Origin: Bryobacterales bacterium
GTDB taxonomy: Bacteria > Acidobacteriota > Terriglobia > Bryobacterales > UBA6623
Length of the DNA: 64,000 nucleotides
Reading direction: 5' to 3'
Assembly: GCA_965216545.1 (NCBI GenBank)
Contig: OZ244172.1
Location: 5,473,625-5,537,624, forward strand
The translations under genes and the position numbers were made by a program. This document shows, piece after piece, positions 8,575 through 17,615 of this stretch. Numbering within the stretch: the first letter of the stretch is position 1; each line of letters opens with the position of its first letter. The notes beneath the pieces were generated by a model. That model had not been told where the DNA came from. It was given only the letters and a program-made list of their open reading frames with translations, and ran no database searches.

Positions 8575-10023
8575 TTAAAAGCGCGATCGGGGTCCCGATT
8601 CACCGTGAACTCGAGCGATGAGCCGGTGAAAACGGGGATCTTGGCGGAAGGGGTCCATCAGCGGGTTGGTCGCCAGGCCGACCCGCGGAAACCGCCCGCT
8701 GGCGGCGATTCGGTGCAACTGGCGGAAGCCGCTCTCGAGCCGGCCCTGGTCGAGGTCCAGAACAGCTAGGCCGAAGCTCGCGGTCTCGACCGCGGAGGCG
8801 ATCTCGCGACGAATCTCCCGCGCTTGGTCGTGCTGCCCCAGACGGGACCTCGCGCGGGCGAGGGCGACCAGCAGCCCGCGACGCCTGCCAGAGCGCTCGA
8901 TCGACTGCTCCAACACGCTCGCCGCGTCGTGGGCGCGGCCCAACTCCAGGTAGCTGTAGGCGAGCCGCTGGGCGGCGGAGTGGAAATCGGGCCGCAGCTC
9001 GAGCGCGGTCTCCAGGCTCTCGATGGAGCGAGCGTGCTGGCGAGCGAAAAAGTAGACTCGTCCGAGGCCGGCGTAGTGGATGGCCGAGCTGGGTTCGAGC
9101 GTCACCGCGCGTTGGGCGTGGCGGATGGCGTCGGCGTGGGCTCCGCGCACCGAGAGCGCGGTGGAGTACCACTGATGCGCCCGGGCGAGATGGGGATCCT
9201 GCCGCAGCGCGGCGCGGAACAGCGGCTCGGGGTCGGGGCGCGCGGGATCGAGCCGCATCCGTGCAAAGCCCGCGGCGGCCAGCGCTTCCGGGCTGTCTGG
9301 GTCGATCGCGCGCGCTCGCGCGAGCGCCGCGGCTCCGAGCTCCAAAGCCCGATCCCGCGGGATCTGCCCGAGGGCGCCCATGAGGTGGTAGCTGTCGGCG
9401 ATGGACGCCCAAAGACGCGCGGAACGGGGCTCGAAGCGGAGGGCTTGGCGGTAGAGCTCGACGCTGCGCTCGAGGCTCGCTTGCGTGCCTTGTCCCCAGA
9501 GTTGCCGCCCGCGCGCTTCGAGCCGGCTCGCCCGCTCGGCGTCGGAGAGCGCATCTCCGGAGGCCGGAGCGGTTGCCGGCATCGGAGCATGCAGCATGCC
9601 GGCGACGGCGAGCACGGTCATCGCCGCCAGCGCCCCCGCCGCGGCGAACGGAAGGAAGCCGGGCGGCGGGCCGGGCTCGCGAGTCGAGCGCGGCGGATCG
9701 ACCTGCTCGACCACCGCCACGTAGGCGCCCTTCGGAATGCGGATTCGGATCGGGTCCGCGGCGCCTGCGTCGGAGTAGTAATGATCGAGCTTTTGCCGTA
9801 GCTTGCGCGCGTGCACGCGGACGATCGAGTCGTCGCGGGCGAGATCGGTGACGTCGCGGGAGAACACGCCGACGGCCAACCCGGATTCCTTCAGCGAGGC
9901 GGTATCCCCTTCGAGCGTGCGGGCGACGATGAAGCGCAGCAGCCGGCTCTGGACGGCTGAACGCCGGAAAGCGGCGCTCGCGAGGATGCGCTCGAGCTGA
10001 CGGTTGACCTCGTCCGGCTGCAT
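8575..10023 (-). CDS. winged-helix DNA-binding domain / TM / TPR-repeat regulator
   Basis: Start reset to the ATG at 10023 (MQPDEVNRQLERILAS...) because the longer ORF overlaps the + gene at 10074. N-terminus VHARKLRQKLDHYY...IRIPKGAYV, one TM segment, then TPR-like repeats. Confidence 0.7.
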   Translation of the reverse strand: MQPDEVNRQLERILASAAFRRSAVQSRLLRFIVARTLEGDTASLKESGLAVGVFSRDVTDLARDDSIVRVHARKLRQKLDHYYSDAGAADPIRIRIPKGAYVAVVEQVDPPRSTREPGPPPGFLPFAAAGALAAMTVLAVAGMLHAPMPATAPASGDALSDAERASRLEARGRQLWGQGTQASLERSVELYRQALRFEPRSARLWASIADSYHLMGALGQIPRDRALELGAAALARARAIDPDSPEALAAAGFARMRLDPARPDPEPLFRAALRQDPHLARAHQWYSTALSVRGAHADAIRHAQRAVTLEPSSAIHYAGLGRVYFFARQHARSIESLETALELRPDFHSAAQRLAYSYLELGRAHDAASVLEQSIERSGRRRGLLVALARARSRLGQHDQAREIRREIASAVETASFGLAVLDLDQGRLESGFRQLHRIAASGRFPRVGLATNPLMDPFRQDPRFHRLIARVHGESGPRSRF

Positions 10024-10073
10024 CCGCTCATGATAACGGGCGTCCTTGCGCCGCGGCGCTTGGGCGCGTCGAC

Positions 10074-10544
10074 ATGTCCCCGCGATCCATTGCCGAGGCG
10101 AGCCGCCGGGAAGAGCTGGTCCGTCGAATTCGCGAGCTGCGGCCCGATAGCCGCCGGCGGTGGGGCAGGATGTCGCCGCATCAGGCGGTCTGTCATCTCT
10201 CTGATGCGTTGCGCTCATTCCTGGGGGAGGGCGCCGCTCCGCCGCGGCTCGACACCTGGTTCAGCCGAATGGCGATTCGCCGGATCGCGCTCTGCGGACC
10301 CTTCCCGTGGCCGCGCGGGCGCCGCACGGTGCAGGGGCTCGACCAAGTCGCTGGAGAAGGCACCCCGCCGGGCGACTTCGACGCCGATCGCGAGACGCTG
10401 ATCGAGTTGCACGAGCGTTTCGCGGCTCTACCCGGGTCGCCGCCTGTGAGCGCGCACCCGTTCTTCGGCCCGCTCAGCGGGAAGGAATGGCGGATCTGGG
10501 CCTATCTCCACGCGGATCACCATCTACGCCAATTCGGAGTTTAG
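10074..10544 (+). CDS. DUF1569 / DinB-like protein
   Basis: 156 aa. RWGRMSPHQAVCHLSDAL ... HPFFGPLSGKEWRIWAYLHADHHLRQFG, a typical DUF1569 C-terminus. Confidence 0.7.
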   Translation: MSPRSIAEASRREELVRRIRELRPDSRRRWGRMSPHQAVCHLSDALRSFLGEGAAPPRLDTWFSRMAIRRIALCGPFPWPRGRRTVQGLDQVAGEGTPPGDFDADRETLIELHERFAALPGSPPVSAHPFFGPLSGKEWRIWAYLHADHHLRQFGV

Positions 10545-10625
10545 GCTCGGCAATGCCGTGCATCGGGGCCCGGAGCCGCGACGAGGCGTGGACTCGCCGT
10601 TCGGCGCCTTAGCGATTGGACGTTG

Positions 10626-10931
10626 TCACGCGACGCGTCGGGACGGTTGCCTGATTTTGACGTCGACCTGCATGCCGGCGTCGGTGAGCATGTTGACCAG
10701 GGCGTCGAGAGAGAAGCGGCTGATCTTGCCGCGGGTGAGGTCCGGGACGCGGGGCTGCCTGACGTTCAAGCGTTTTGCGGCGTCGGCCTGCGTTAGACCC
10801 TCTTTCTCGATGTAGTTGCGCAGCGCCGTCATGAGCTCGGCGCGTAGATGCAGATTCCGGGCCTCTGACGCCGAGAAGCCGAGGTCTTGGTAAACGTCGC
10901 CGCTTCCTTGGCTGATGCTCGTTGATTTCAT
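10626..10931 (-). CDS. XRE-family HTH antitoxin (HigA-like)
   Basis: Internal ATG at 10931 gives MKSTSISQGSGDVYQDLGF...LTQADAAKRLNVRQPRVPDLTRGKISRFSLDALVNML, a standard HTH_37-type antitoxin. Confidence 0.75.
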   Translation of the reverse strand: MKSTSISQGSGDVYQDLGFSASEARNLHLRAELMTALRNYIEKEGLTQADAAKRLNVRQPRVPDLTRGKISRFSLDALVNMLTDAGMQVDVKIRQPSRRVA

Positions 10932-11294
10932 TGCATTGACCCGCCCCTTTTTTGGCTCGCCTCGATTCGAGCAGCGCCGAATAGCGCTGCCGTCCGACTC
11001 GAGATCGGCTTTTCGCGTCGTCCTGGTCTTCATTACAAAGCAGGGGAGCACGTAGACGGCCTCGTTGAACCGCGCCACGTAGAAGACGCGAAACTCGCGC
11101 TCGCCACGAACGCGGATCTCCATGACGCCGGAACCGACATCGGGCATCGGCTTGAAGTCCGTCGCGGCTTCTCCGCGTTGGAGCAGCTCGAGCTGATAGC
11201 CAGCATCCGCGCGGATGTCCTCCTCCTCCCGAAGCCGCGCCAGACTGCCGCCCAGCCATGCGATGGGTCTCGGGCCCGTCGCATGTTGATCATA
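10932..11294 (-). pseudogene. HigB/Gp49-like RelE-family toxin, apparently frame-disrupted
   Basis: Toxin-like PIAWLGGSLARLREEEDIRADAGYQLELLQRGEAATDFKPMPDVGSGVMEIRVRGEREFRVFYVARFNEAVYVLPCF. No in-frame ATG/GTG/TTG near PIAW (the nearest ATG is in another frame). The frame runs into the antitoxin without a stop. A TGA overlapping the antitoxin ATG exists only in a different frame. Confidence 0.5.
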
Positions 11295-11523
11295 TTAGAT
11301 TCGATATAACGCCGGCGGGCCGGCGCACCATGCCGCGCCGCTGCGAGGGTTGCGAGGCAATGAAGACGCCCAGGCGCACAGCTTCTCTCAAGCTACGAAT
11401 TGCCGAGTCGGCCGTCTGTGCGCTATTCTGAACTGCGTCACGGCAAATCCGCCGGGACTCTCCCTGACAGTCGAATTTCTGGCCAATCCCTCCCGGCCGC
11501 AACGTCCTGTTTGACGTCATGTC

Positions 11524-12774
11524 ATGACCATCACTGAACTCAAGAAGAAGAGCATCACCGAGCTTGCGAAGATCGCCTACGAGCTCGAGATTCCCGGCAT
11601 TAGCGGGATGCGCAAGCAGGAGTTGATTTTTCGCATTCTGCAAAGCCAGCCGATCGACCGCGAAGGCCTGATCGCGACCGAAGGCGTACTGGAGACGCTG
11701 CCCGAAGGCTTCGGCTTCTTGCGCTCGCCCGATTACAACTATCTGCCAGGCCCCGACGACATCTACGTCTCGCCGGCGCAGGTGCGACGCTTCGGACTGC
11801 GTACCGGAGACACGGTCACCGGCCAGGTTCGTCCGCCCAAGGACGGCGAGAACTACTTTGCCCTGGTCCGCGTCGAGAAGATCAACTTCGAAGAGCCCGA
11901 GGTCGCCCGCAACAAGATCCTGTTCGACAACCTCACGCCGTACTACCCAACCGAGCGCATGAAGCTCGAGACCGACCGCAAGAACTACTCAGGCCGTGTG
12001 ATGGACTTGCTGGCGCCGGTTGGCAAAGGACAGCGCGGGCTGATCGTCGCGCCGCCTCGCACCGGCAAGACGATGATGTTGCAGTCGATCGCCAACTCGA
12101 TCACCGAGAATCATCCCGACGTCACCCTCATCGTGTTGCTAATCGACGAGCGCCCCGAAGAGGTGACCGACATGCAGCGCTCGGTCAACGGCGAAGTCGT
12201 CAGCTCGACCTTCGACGAACCCTATACACGGCACGTGCAGGTGGCTGAGATGGTGGTTGGCAAAGCGAAGCGGCTTGTCGAGCACAAGAAGGACGTGGTG
12301 ATCCTGCTGGACTCGATCACGCGTCTGGCGCGCGCCTACAACACCGTCGTGCCGCCTTCGGGCAAGATCCTTTCCGGCGGCGTCGACTCCAACGCTCTGC
12401 AACGGCCCAAACGTTTCTTCGGCGCGGCGCGGAACATCGAAGAAGGCGGTAGCCTGACGATCATCGCCACCGCGCTGGTCGACACCGGCAGCCGCATGGA
12501 CGACGTGATCTTCGAGGAGTTCAAGGGCACCGGCAACATGGAAGTGTTGCTCGACCGAAAGCTGGTCGACAAGCGCACCTTTCCGGCCATCGACATCCAC
12601 CGCTCGGGCACGCGCAAGGAAGAGTTGCTGCTCGATCAGGAGACCCTGGGCCGCGTGTGGGTTCTGCGCAAGGTGCTCAGCCCGCTCTCGACCACCGAGG
12701 CCATGGAGCTGCTGCTGGACCGGATGGGCAAGACGCGCAGCAACTCCGAGTTCATGCAGTCGATGAAGAGCTGA
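11524..12774 (+). CDS. rho: transcription termination factor Rho
   Basis: 416 aa. N-terminal [21 protein letters not shown]-binding [11 protein letters not shown], Walker [25 protein letters not shown]. Confidence 0.97.
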   Translation: MTITELKKKSITELAKIAYELEIPGISGMRKQELIFRILQSQPIDREGLIATEGVLETLPEGFGFLRSPDYNYLPGPDDIYVSPAQVRRFGLRTGDTVTGQVRPPKDGENYFALVRVEKINFEEPEVARNKILFDNLTPYYPTERMKLETDRKNYSGRVMDLLAPVGKGQRGLIVAPPRTGKTMMLQSIANSITENHPDVTLIVLLIDERPEEVTDMQRSVNGEVVSSTFDEPYTRHVQVAEMVVGKAKRLVEHKKDVVILLDSITRLARAYNTVVPPSGKILSGGVDSNALQRPKRFFGAARNIEEGGSLTIIATALVDTGSRMDDVIFEEFKGTGNMEVLLDRKLVDKRTFPAIDIHRSGTRKEELLLDQETLGRVWVLRKVLSPLSTTEAMELLLDRMGKTRSNSEFMQSMKS

Positions 12775-13002
12775 GCTGCGTGGCGCCGGTAGGCGCCTGG
12801 CAGAAGACAGCCTCGGGCGCCGCGCCCGTGGAATTGAGCGGCCCCCACCTTTCCTCGGCCCTGACAGGGGCCTGGCGGCAACCAAGCCGCGCCCCCTGCA
12901 GGGCGCTCGCGTGAACTTCCCTTCGTGGCTCCACGGATTTCATCCGAGGCTATTTCCTGCATGGCGCCTTTGGCGCCCATCCACGGACTCGAGCGCTAGA
13001 GG

Positions 13003-13752
13003 CTAGCGGCTGAGAACGAAGTTGACCTCGATCTCGGTCGCCACCTGCACCGGCTCGCCGCTGAGCAGCGTCGGGCGATAGCGCCATTGCTTTACGGCCT
13101 GGACCGCGGCCGGAACCAAGAAGGGGTGTCCGCTCAAGACCTGGAGCTGCTCGATCTCCCCGGCGCGGGAGATGATGGCCCTGAGGCGCACCTTCCCGCC
13201 AATGCCGGCTTGCCTGGCGATCTGCGGGTAGGCCGGCTGCACGCGGCGGATGATCTTGGCGGCCTGGACCGATTGACTGACCCGGACCGGCCCGCTCGGC
13301 GGCGGGGGCGGAGCGGGCTTTTTCTCGACTTTCGGCTGCGGCGGAGGCGGAGGCTGCACCTCGAAGGAGTACGAGCCGATGACGCCGATTGCGCCGCCGC
13401 CCGGATCGCCCCCGACCACCGGCCCGGCCGCAGGGGGGCTCGCCGCGTAGTCTTCGGGGTCGACGATCACCGCAACTTTGTCGGGAATGCTCGGCGGCTG
13501 TTTGAGCTCGCTTTCATAACGCGCCGGAGCTTGCGCCATCTGAACCTGCTCGGGCGGCGGAGGCGGCGCGCCGGGCGGAGGCGCGGGCGCCTCGAGCCAT
13601 ACGGCGAAGCCCGCCGCCGGCAGCAGCGGCGTATACGCCATGGCGCCGAGCACGACGAGGCAAATCGCCAACGTCTGTGCGAGCAAGGATGCGAGGAAGC
13701 TCCAAGTCTTGCGCGCGGCGCCGCCGGAGCTCACGAGGGATTGTTGAAACAC
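13003..13752 (-). CDS. tonB: TonB-family energy transducer
   Basis: 249 aa. N-terminal TM segment, Pro-rich spacer (PAPPPGAPPPPPE; PPPPPQPKVEKKPAPPPPP), TonB_C-like PAYPQIARQAGIGGKVRLRAIISRAGEI. Confidence 0.85.
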   Translation of the reverse strand: MFQQSLVSSGGAARKTWSFLASLLAQTLAICLVVLGAMAYTPLLPAAGFAVWLEAPAPPPGAPPPPPEQVQMAQAPARYESELKQPPSIPDKVAVIVDPEDYAASPPAAGPVVGGDPGGGAIGVIGSYSFEVQPPPPPQPKVEKKPAPPPPPSGPVRVSQSVQAAKIIRRVQPAYPQIARQAGIGGKVRLRAIISRAGEIEQLQVLSGHPFLVPAAVQAVKQWRYRPTLLSGEPVQVATEIEVNFVLSR

Positions 13753-13879
13753 GTTTCTCTCCTTTTTCTCGGACTCGAAAATCCGAAATGAGGGAACGCG
13801 AGAAACGGGCCGGCCAGTTTGCGTTCGCTTCAGTAACTAAAGACACCGCGGGGACCGAATCAGTTCCCGCAACTCAGCG

Positions 13880-14620
13880 CTAGGGGCGCTCGACCATCGG
13901 GACGAAACGCACGGGAAGGTCGCGGCGCTTGTGGATGCGGCCCTTGCGGTCCTTGTCGAGGATGACGATCTCCTGCGCGCCGTAGCTGGGACCGACGGGC
14001 GCGATGAGGCGTCCCCCGGAAGCGAGCTGGTCGATGAGCCGCCGCGGGATCCGCGGCGGCGCGGCCGTGAGCACGATGCGGTCGAAAGGGGCATGCTCGG
14101 GCCAGCCTTGGTAGCCGTCGCCGATCTTGATCTCGACGTTGCGGCGATCGAGTCTCTCGAGCCGATCGCGGGCCTCGAGCGCAAGCGGTTCGACGATTTC
14201 GATCGAGTAGACTTGGTCGGCGAGCAGAGACAGGACGGCGGCCTGGTATCCGGAGCCCGTGCCAATCTCGAGCACTTTGTGATGAGCTTCGAGCCGGAGA
14301 AGCTCGGTCATGTAGCCGACGATGTAGGGCTGTGAAATTGTCTGCCCATACCCGATCGGCAGCGGATGGTCCTCGTAGGCTTCGTCGACCAGTTGGGCGG
14401 GTACGAACTCCCGCCGCGGGATGCGCCGAAGCGCTTCGAGCACCGCAGGGTCGCGCACGCCCCGAGCGACGATCTGCGCTTCTATCATGGCTTTTCTCCT
14501 GTTCGCCTGAGGGCTTTCTTGCCGCGCGGCGGGGGGATCCTGCGCGGCTGCCGGGGCGAGTAGCTGTGCGACAATTGCCCCGAAAAACAGTAGAGCGGAC
14601 GGGCCTGGAAGACGCTCCAT
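13880..14620 (-). CDS. pcm: protein-L-isoaspartate O-methyltransferase, secreted form
   Basis: Start reset to the ATG at 14620 (GGAGGaagccATG). Signal-like MERLPGPSALLFFGAIVAQLLAPAAAQ. GYGQTISQPYIVGYM, VLEIGTGSGYQAAVL. Confidence 0.9.
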   Translation of the reverse strand: MERLPGPSALLFFGAIVAQLLAPAAAQDPPAARQESPQANRRKAMIEAQIVARGVRDPAVLEALRRIPRREFVPAQLVDEAYEDHPLPIGYGQTISQPYIVGYMTELLRLEAHHKVLEIGTGSGYQAAVLSLLADQVYSIEIVEPLALEARDRLERLDRRNVEIKIGDGYQGWPEHAPFDRIVLTAAPPRIPRRLIDQLASGGRLIAPVGPSYGAQEIVILDKDRKGRIHKRRDLPVRFVPMVERP

Positions 14621-14647
14621 GGCTTCCTCCATCCTCAGTTTACTCCT

Positions 14648-16015
14648 ATGTCCGAGAATCAACTCGAGCGCCGCCTGGGTTTGGTGAGCGCGACCGCGAT
14701 CGTGGTGTCGAATATGATCGGCACCGGCATCTTCACGACCAGCGGTTTCCTGGCCGGCCAACTCGGCTCGCCGACGCTCGTAGTCTCGATTTGGCTCGTT
14801 GGCGCGGCGATCGCGCTGACCGGTGCGCTGTGCTACTCCGAGCTCGGCGTCAACTACCCGCGCTCGGGCGGCGAGTACGTTTATCTGAGCGAGGCCTGGG
14901 GGCCGGCGTGGGGGTTTATCGACGGCTGGGTGAGCTTCTTCGCCGGCTTTTCCGCCCCGATCGCGGTGGCTGCGCTGGGCGTGGCGGCCTACGCGGGCCA
15001 CTTCTCGCCGAACCTCGACCCGCAAGCCACGATCCCGTTGTCGCTGGGCCCGATCGACCTGCAACTCGGCGGCGCGCAGTGGTTCGCGTGCGGAGTCATC
15101 GTCGTCTTCACCGCGCTCAACTTGTTGAGCGTGGACTCGGTGGCGAAGATGCAGAACGGCTTGACGGGCGTCAAGCTGTTCGTCCTCGGCGCGCTGCTCG
15201 TATTCGGCTTTGCGATGGGGACCGGCGACTGGGCGCACTTCCAGCAGACCGCCGAACGCACCTCGACGACGACCGTTCCCGCCCAGTTCGCGCTCAGCTT
15301 GGTGTTCGTCTACTTCGGCTACAGCGGCTGGAACGCCGCCGTCTACGTGGCCGAGGAGATCAAGGACCCCGAGCGCATTCTGCCGCGCTCGTTGGTGTTG
15401 GGCACGATCCTGGTTGCGGCGTTCTACGCGGCGCTGAACTGCCTGTTCATCTATGCGACGCCGCTCGAAGAGATGAAGGGCGTGGTGGCGGTTGGAGCGC
15501 AGGCCGCGCAGAACCTGTTCGGCGATTCCGGCGGCGGGATTTTCGCCGCGGGGATGGCGCTGTCGCTGCTCGCCACCGTCAACGCCATGTGTATGATCGG
15601 TCCGCGGGTCTACTACGCGATGGCGCGCAACGGAGCGTTTTTCTCCGCGGCGGGCAAGATCCATCCGAAGTGGAAGAGCCCTTGGGTGGCGGTCACGGCG
15701 CAGGGGCTTTGCTGCTTGCTGTTGATCCTCACCGGTACGTTCGAGAGCCTGCTCTACTACATCGGGTTTACGCTGTGGCTGTTCTCGGCCATGTCGGTGC
15801 TGGCGCTGGTGAAGTTCCGGCGCAACCCCGATTGGAAGCCTTCACCATGGGTTAGCTTTGCCTGGCCGCTGGTTCCGGGATTCTATATTGCCGTAAATCT
15901 CCTCGTTTTCGTGTATTTCGCCGTCGATAAGAGTTGGGAGGCGTTATGGAGCCTTCTGACAATTTTGGCCGGCGGAGTCGCCTATCACCTCTACCGCCGT
16001 ACGAGCTCAAGCTAA
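14648..16015 (+). CDS. APC-family amino acid permease
   Basis: 455 aa, polytopic. VVSNMIGTGIFTTSGF, YSELGVNYPRSGGEYVYL. Confidence 0.9.
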   Translation: MSENQLERRLGLVSATAIVVSNMIGTGIFTTSGFLAGQLGSPTLVVSIWLVGAAIALTGALCYSELGVNYPRSGGEYVYLSEAWGPAWGFIDGWVSFFAGFSAPIAVAALGVAAYAGHFSPNLDPQATIPLSLGPIDLQLGGAQWFACGVIVVFTALNLLSVDSVAKMQNGLTGVKLFVLGALLVFGFAMGTGDWAHFQQTAERTSTTTVPAQFALSLVFVYFGYSGWNAAVYVAEEIKDPERILPRSLVLGTILVAAFYAALNCLFIYATPLEEMKGVVAVGAQAAQNLFGDSGGGIFAAGMALSLLATVNAMCMIGPRVYYAMARNGAFFSAAGKIHPKWKSPWVAVTAQGLCCLLLILTGTFESLLYYIGFTLWLFSAMSVLALVKFRRNPDWKPSPWVSFAWPLVPGFYIAVNLLVFVYFAVDKSWEALWSLLTILAGGVAYHLYRRTSSS

Positions 16016-16048
16016 TCTCGGCCGCCCGGGGCGCCGATTCCTCTTGAG

Positions 16049-17578
16049 ATGGACGTTGTGTCGGACAACGGCGGGGGGGCTACGCCTGTTCCGCGGTACC
16101 GCATACTCGTGGTCGACGACAACGACGCCGACTCCGGTATCGTCGAGCGCCATCTGCGGCGCGTACAAGCGTTCAGCGCCGCGGTCGCCAAGGCGGGCAG
16201 CCACGAAGAGGGCTTGCGCAAGCTCGAGACCGAAGGCGCGGACTGCGTCATTCTCGACTACCGCCTTGGGCCGCAATGCGGGCTCGATACGCTGCGCGCC
16301 ATTCGAGAGCGAGGCGATGACACGGCCATCATCTTCGTCACCGGCGTTGGCAGCGAGATGATCGCCGTGGAAGCGCTGCAGTGCGGCGCACAGGACTATC
16401 TGGTCAAATCCGTGCTCTCGGCCGAGGTGCTGCAGCGGGCCGTGCTCAACGCGATCGAAAAGGTCGCGTTGAGCCGCAAGCTCAAGGAGAAGCAGCGCGA
16501 GCTACAGGACTTCGTCTCGGTCGTCGCCCACGACTTGCAGCAGCCGCTGAGCGCTGTGAAGGGCAACGTCGAGCTCATTCGCGACTTCTATGGGGCGAGG
16601 TTTGACGCGCAAGGGCTCGAATTCGTGCATGCGGCGGTACGAACCGCGGACCGCATGGCGGAGATGATTGACGCCTTGCTCGGCTACGCCCGCGCCGGCC
16701 GCGACCGGGCGCCGGAAGAGAACCTCGATCTCGGCGAAATTGTCGGCGCGGTCCGCGCGGACCTCGCGGAGCTGATCTCCCGCTCTCGGGCAGTGGTCGA
16801 GGTGGATGAGCTGCCGGCCGTGTCGGGCGACGCGGTGACCTTGGCGCAACTATTCCAGAATCTCATCGCCAACGCCATCAAGTTCCACGGCGACCACGAT
16901 CCTAGGATCGTGGTTGGCGGGCAGCGCCAGGGCGAGCGGGCGTTGCTGTGGGTGCGCGACAACGGAATGGGCATCCCCGAGAAATCGCGCGAGACGGTGT
17001 TTGCGCCTTTCCGTCGGCTCTCGCAAGCCAAAGGGCGGCCGGGCTCGGGCATTGGGCTGGCGACTTGCAAGAAGATCGTCGAGCAGCACGGCGGCCGCAT
17101 CTGGGTCGAGTCGGGGCTCGGCCAGGGTTCCACGTTCTATTTCACCCTGGTCGCTTCGGGTAAAAACGCGCGCCCGGACGCACTCGGCGCTGCCGGCAGG
17201 GTGCTCATTGTCGACGCGGAACCGACAGAAGGCCATGCGCTGGCGCGCGTTTTGGAATCGCGAGGGATGACGGTGTTCCCAGCGGCCGGCGTCGAGGAAG
17301 CCGTCAGCTTTCTCGACGCCGAGTCGTTCGACGCGCTGGTCGTCGACCTGACCTTGCAGGACGGCGACGGTATGGACCTGGTCCGCGACGTGCGCAGGGA
17401 CTCTCCGGGTACGGTCGTGCTCGCGGTCACCGCCGGGGACGGTCGCAGCGCTCCGGGCCCGCTGTTAGCCGAGGCGCGCCGGCAAGGCGCTGATCATGTT
17501 CTGCCTAAGCCGCTCGACCCGGTCCAAGTCGCGCAGGTGCTGCAACGCATGATCTCCGAGGCCGCCCCAGCGGCCTAG
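16049..17578 (+). CDS. hybrid histidine kinase, REC-HisKA-HATPase_c-REC
   Basis: 509 aa. ILVVDDNDAD...ILDYRLG (REC); FVSVVAHDLQQPL (H-box); NAIKF, DNGMGIP, GSGIGLATCKKIV (ATPase); second REC VLIVDAEP...VVDLTLQDGDG. No TM or obvious sensor domain. Confidence 0.85.
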   Translation: MDVVSDNGGGATPVPRYRILVVDDNDADSGIVERHLRRVQAFSAAVAKAGSHEEGLRKLETEGADCVILDYRLGPQCGLDTLRAIRERGDDTAIIFVTGVGSEMIAVEALQCGAQDYLVKSVLSAEVLQRAVLNAIEKVALSRKLKEKQRELQDFVSVVAHDLQQPLSAVKGNVELIRDFYGARFDAQGLEFVHAAVRTADRMAEMIDALLGYARAGRDRAPEENLDLGEIVGAVRADLAELISRSRAVVEVDELPAVSGDAVTLAQLFQNLIANAIKFHGDHDPRIVVGGQRQGERALLWVRDNGMGIPEKSRETVFAPFRRLSQAKGRPGSGIGLATCKKIVEQHGGRIWVESGLGQGSTFYFTLVASGKNARPDALGAAGRVLIVDAEPTEGHALARVLESRGMTVFPAAGVEEAVSFLDAESFDALVVDLTLQDGDGMDLVRDVRRDSPGTVVLAVTAGDGRSAPGPLLAEARRQGADHVLPKPLDPVQVAQVLQRMISEAAPAA

Positions 17579-17615
17579 CAGAGTCGGCGGCCGGCGGTCT
17601 AGGGAAGCGGGAAGG

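Noticed and set aside
14621-15664. N-terminal 348 codons of the 594-aa ORF that contains pcm
   Set aside because: This part is antisense to the well-supported amino acid permease. pcm homology, a signal peptide and a GGAGG SD all begin at the internal ATG at 14620.
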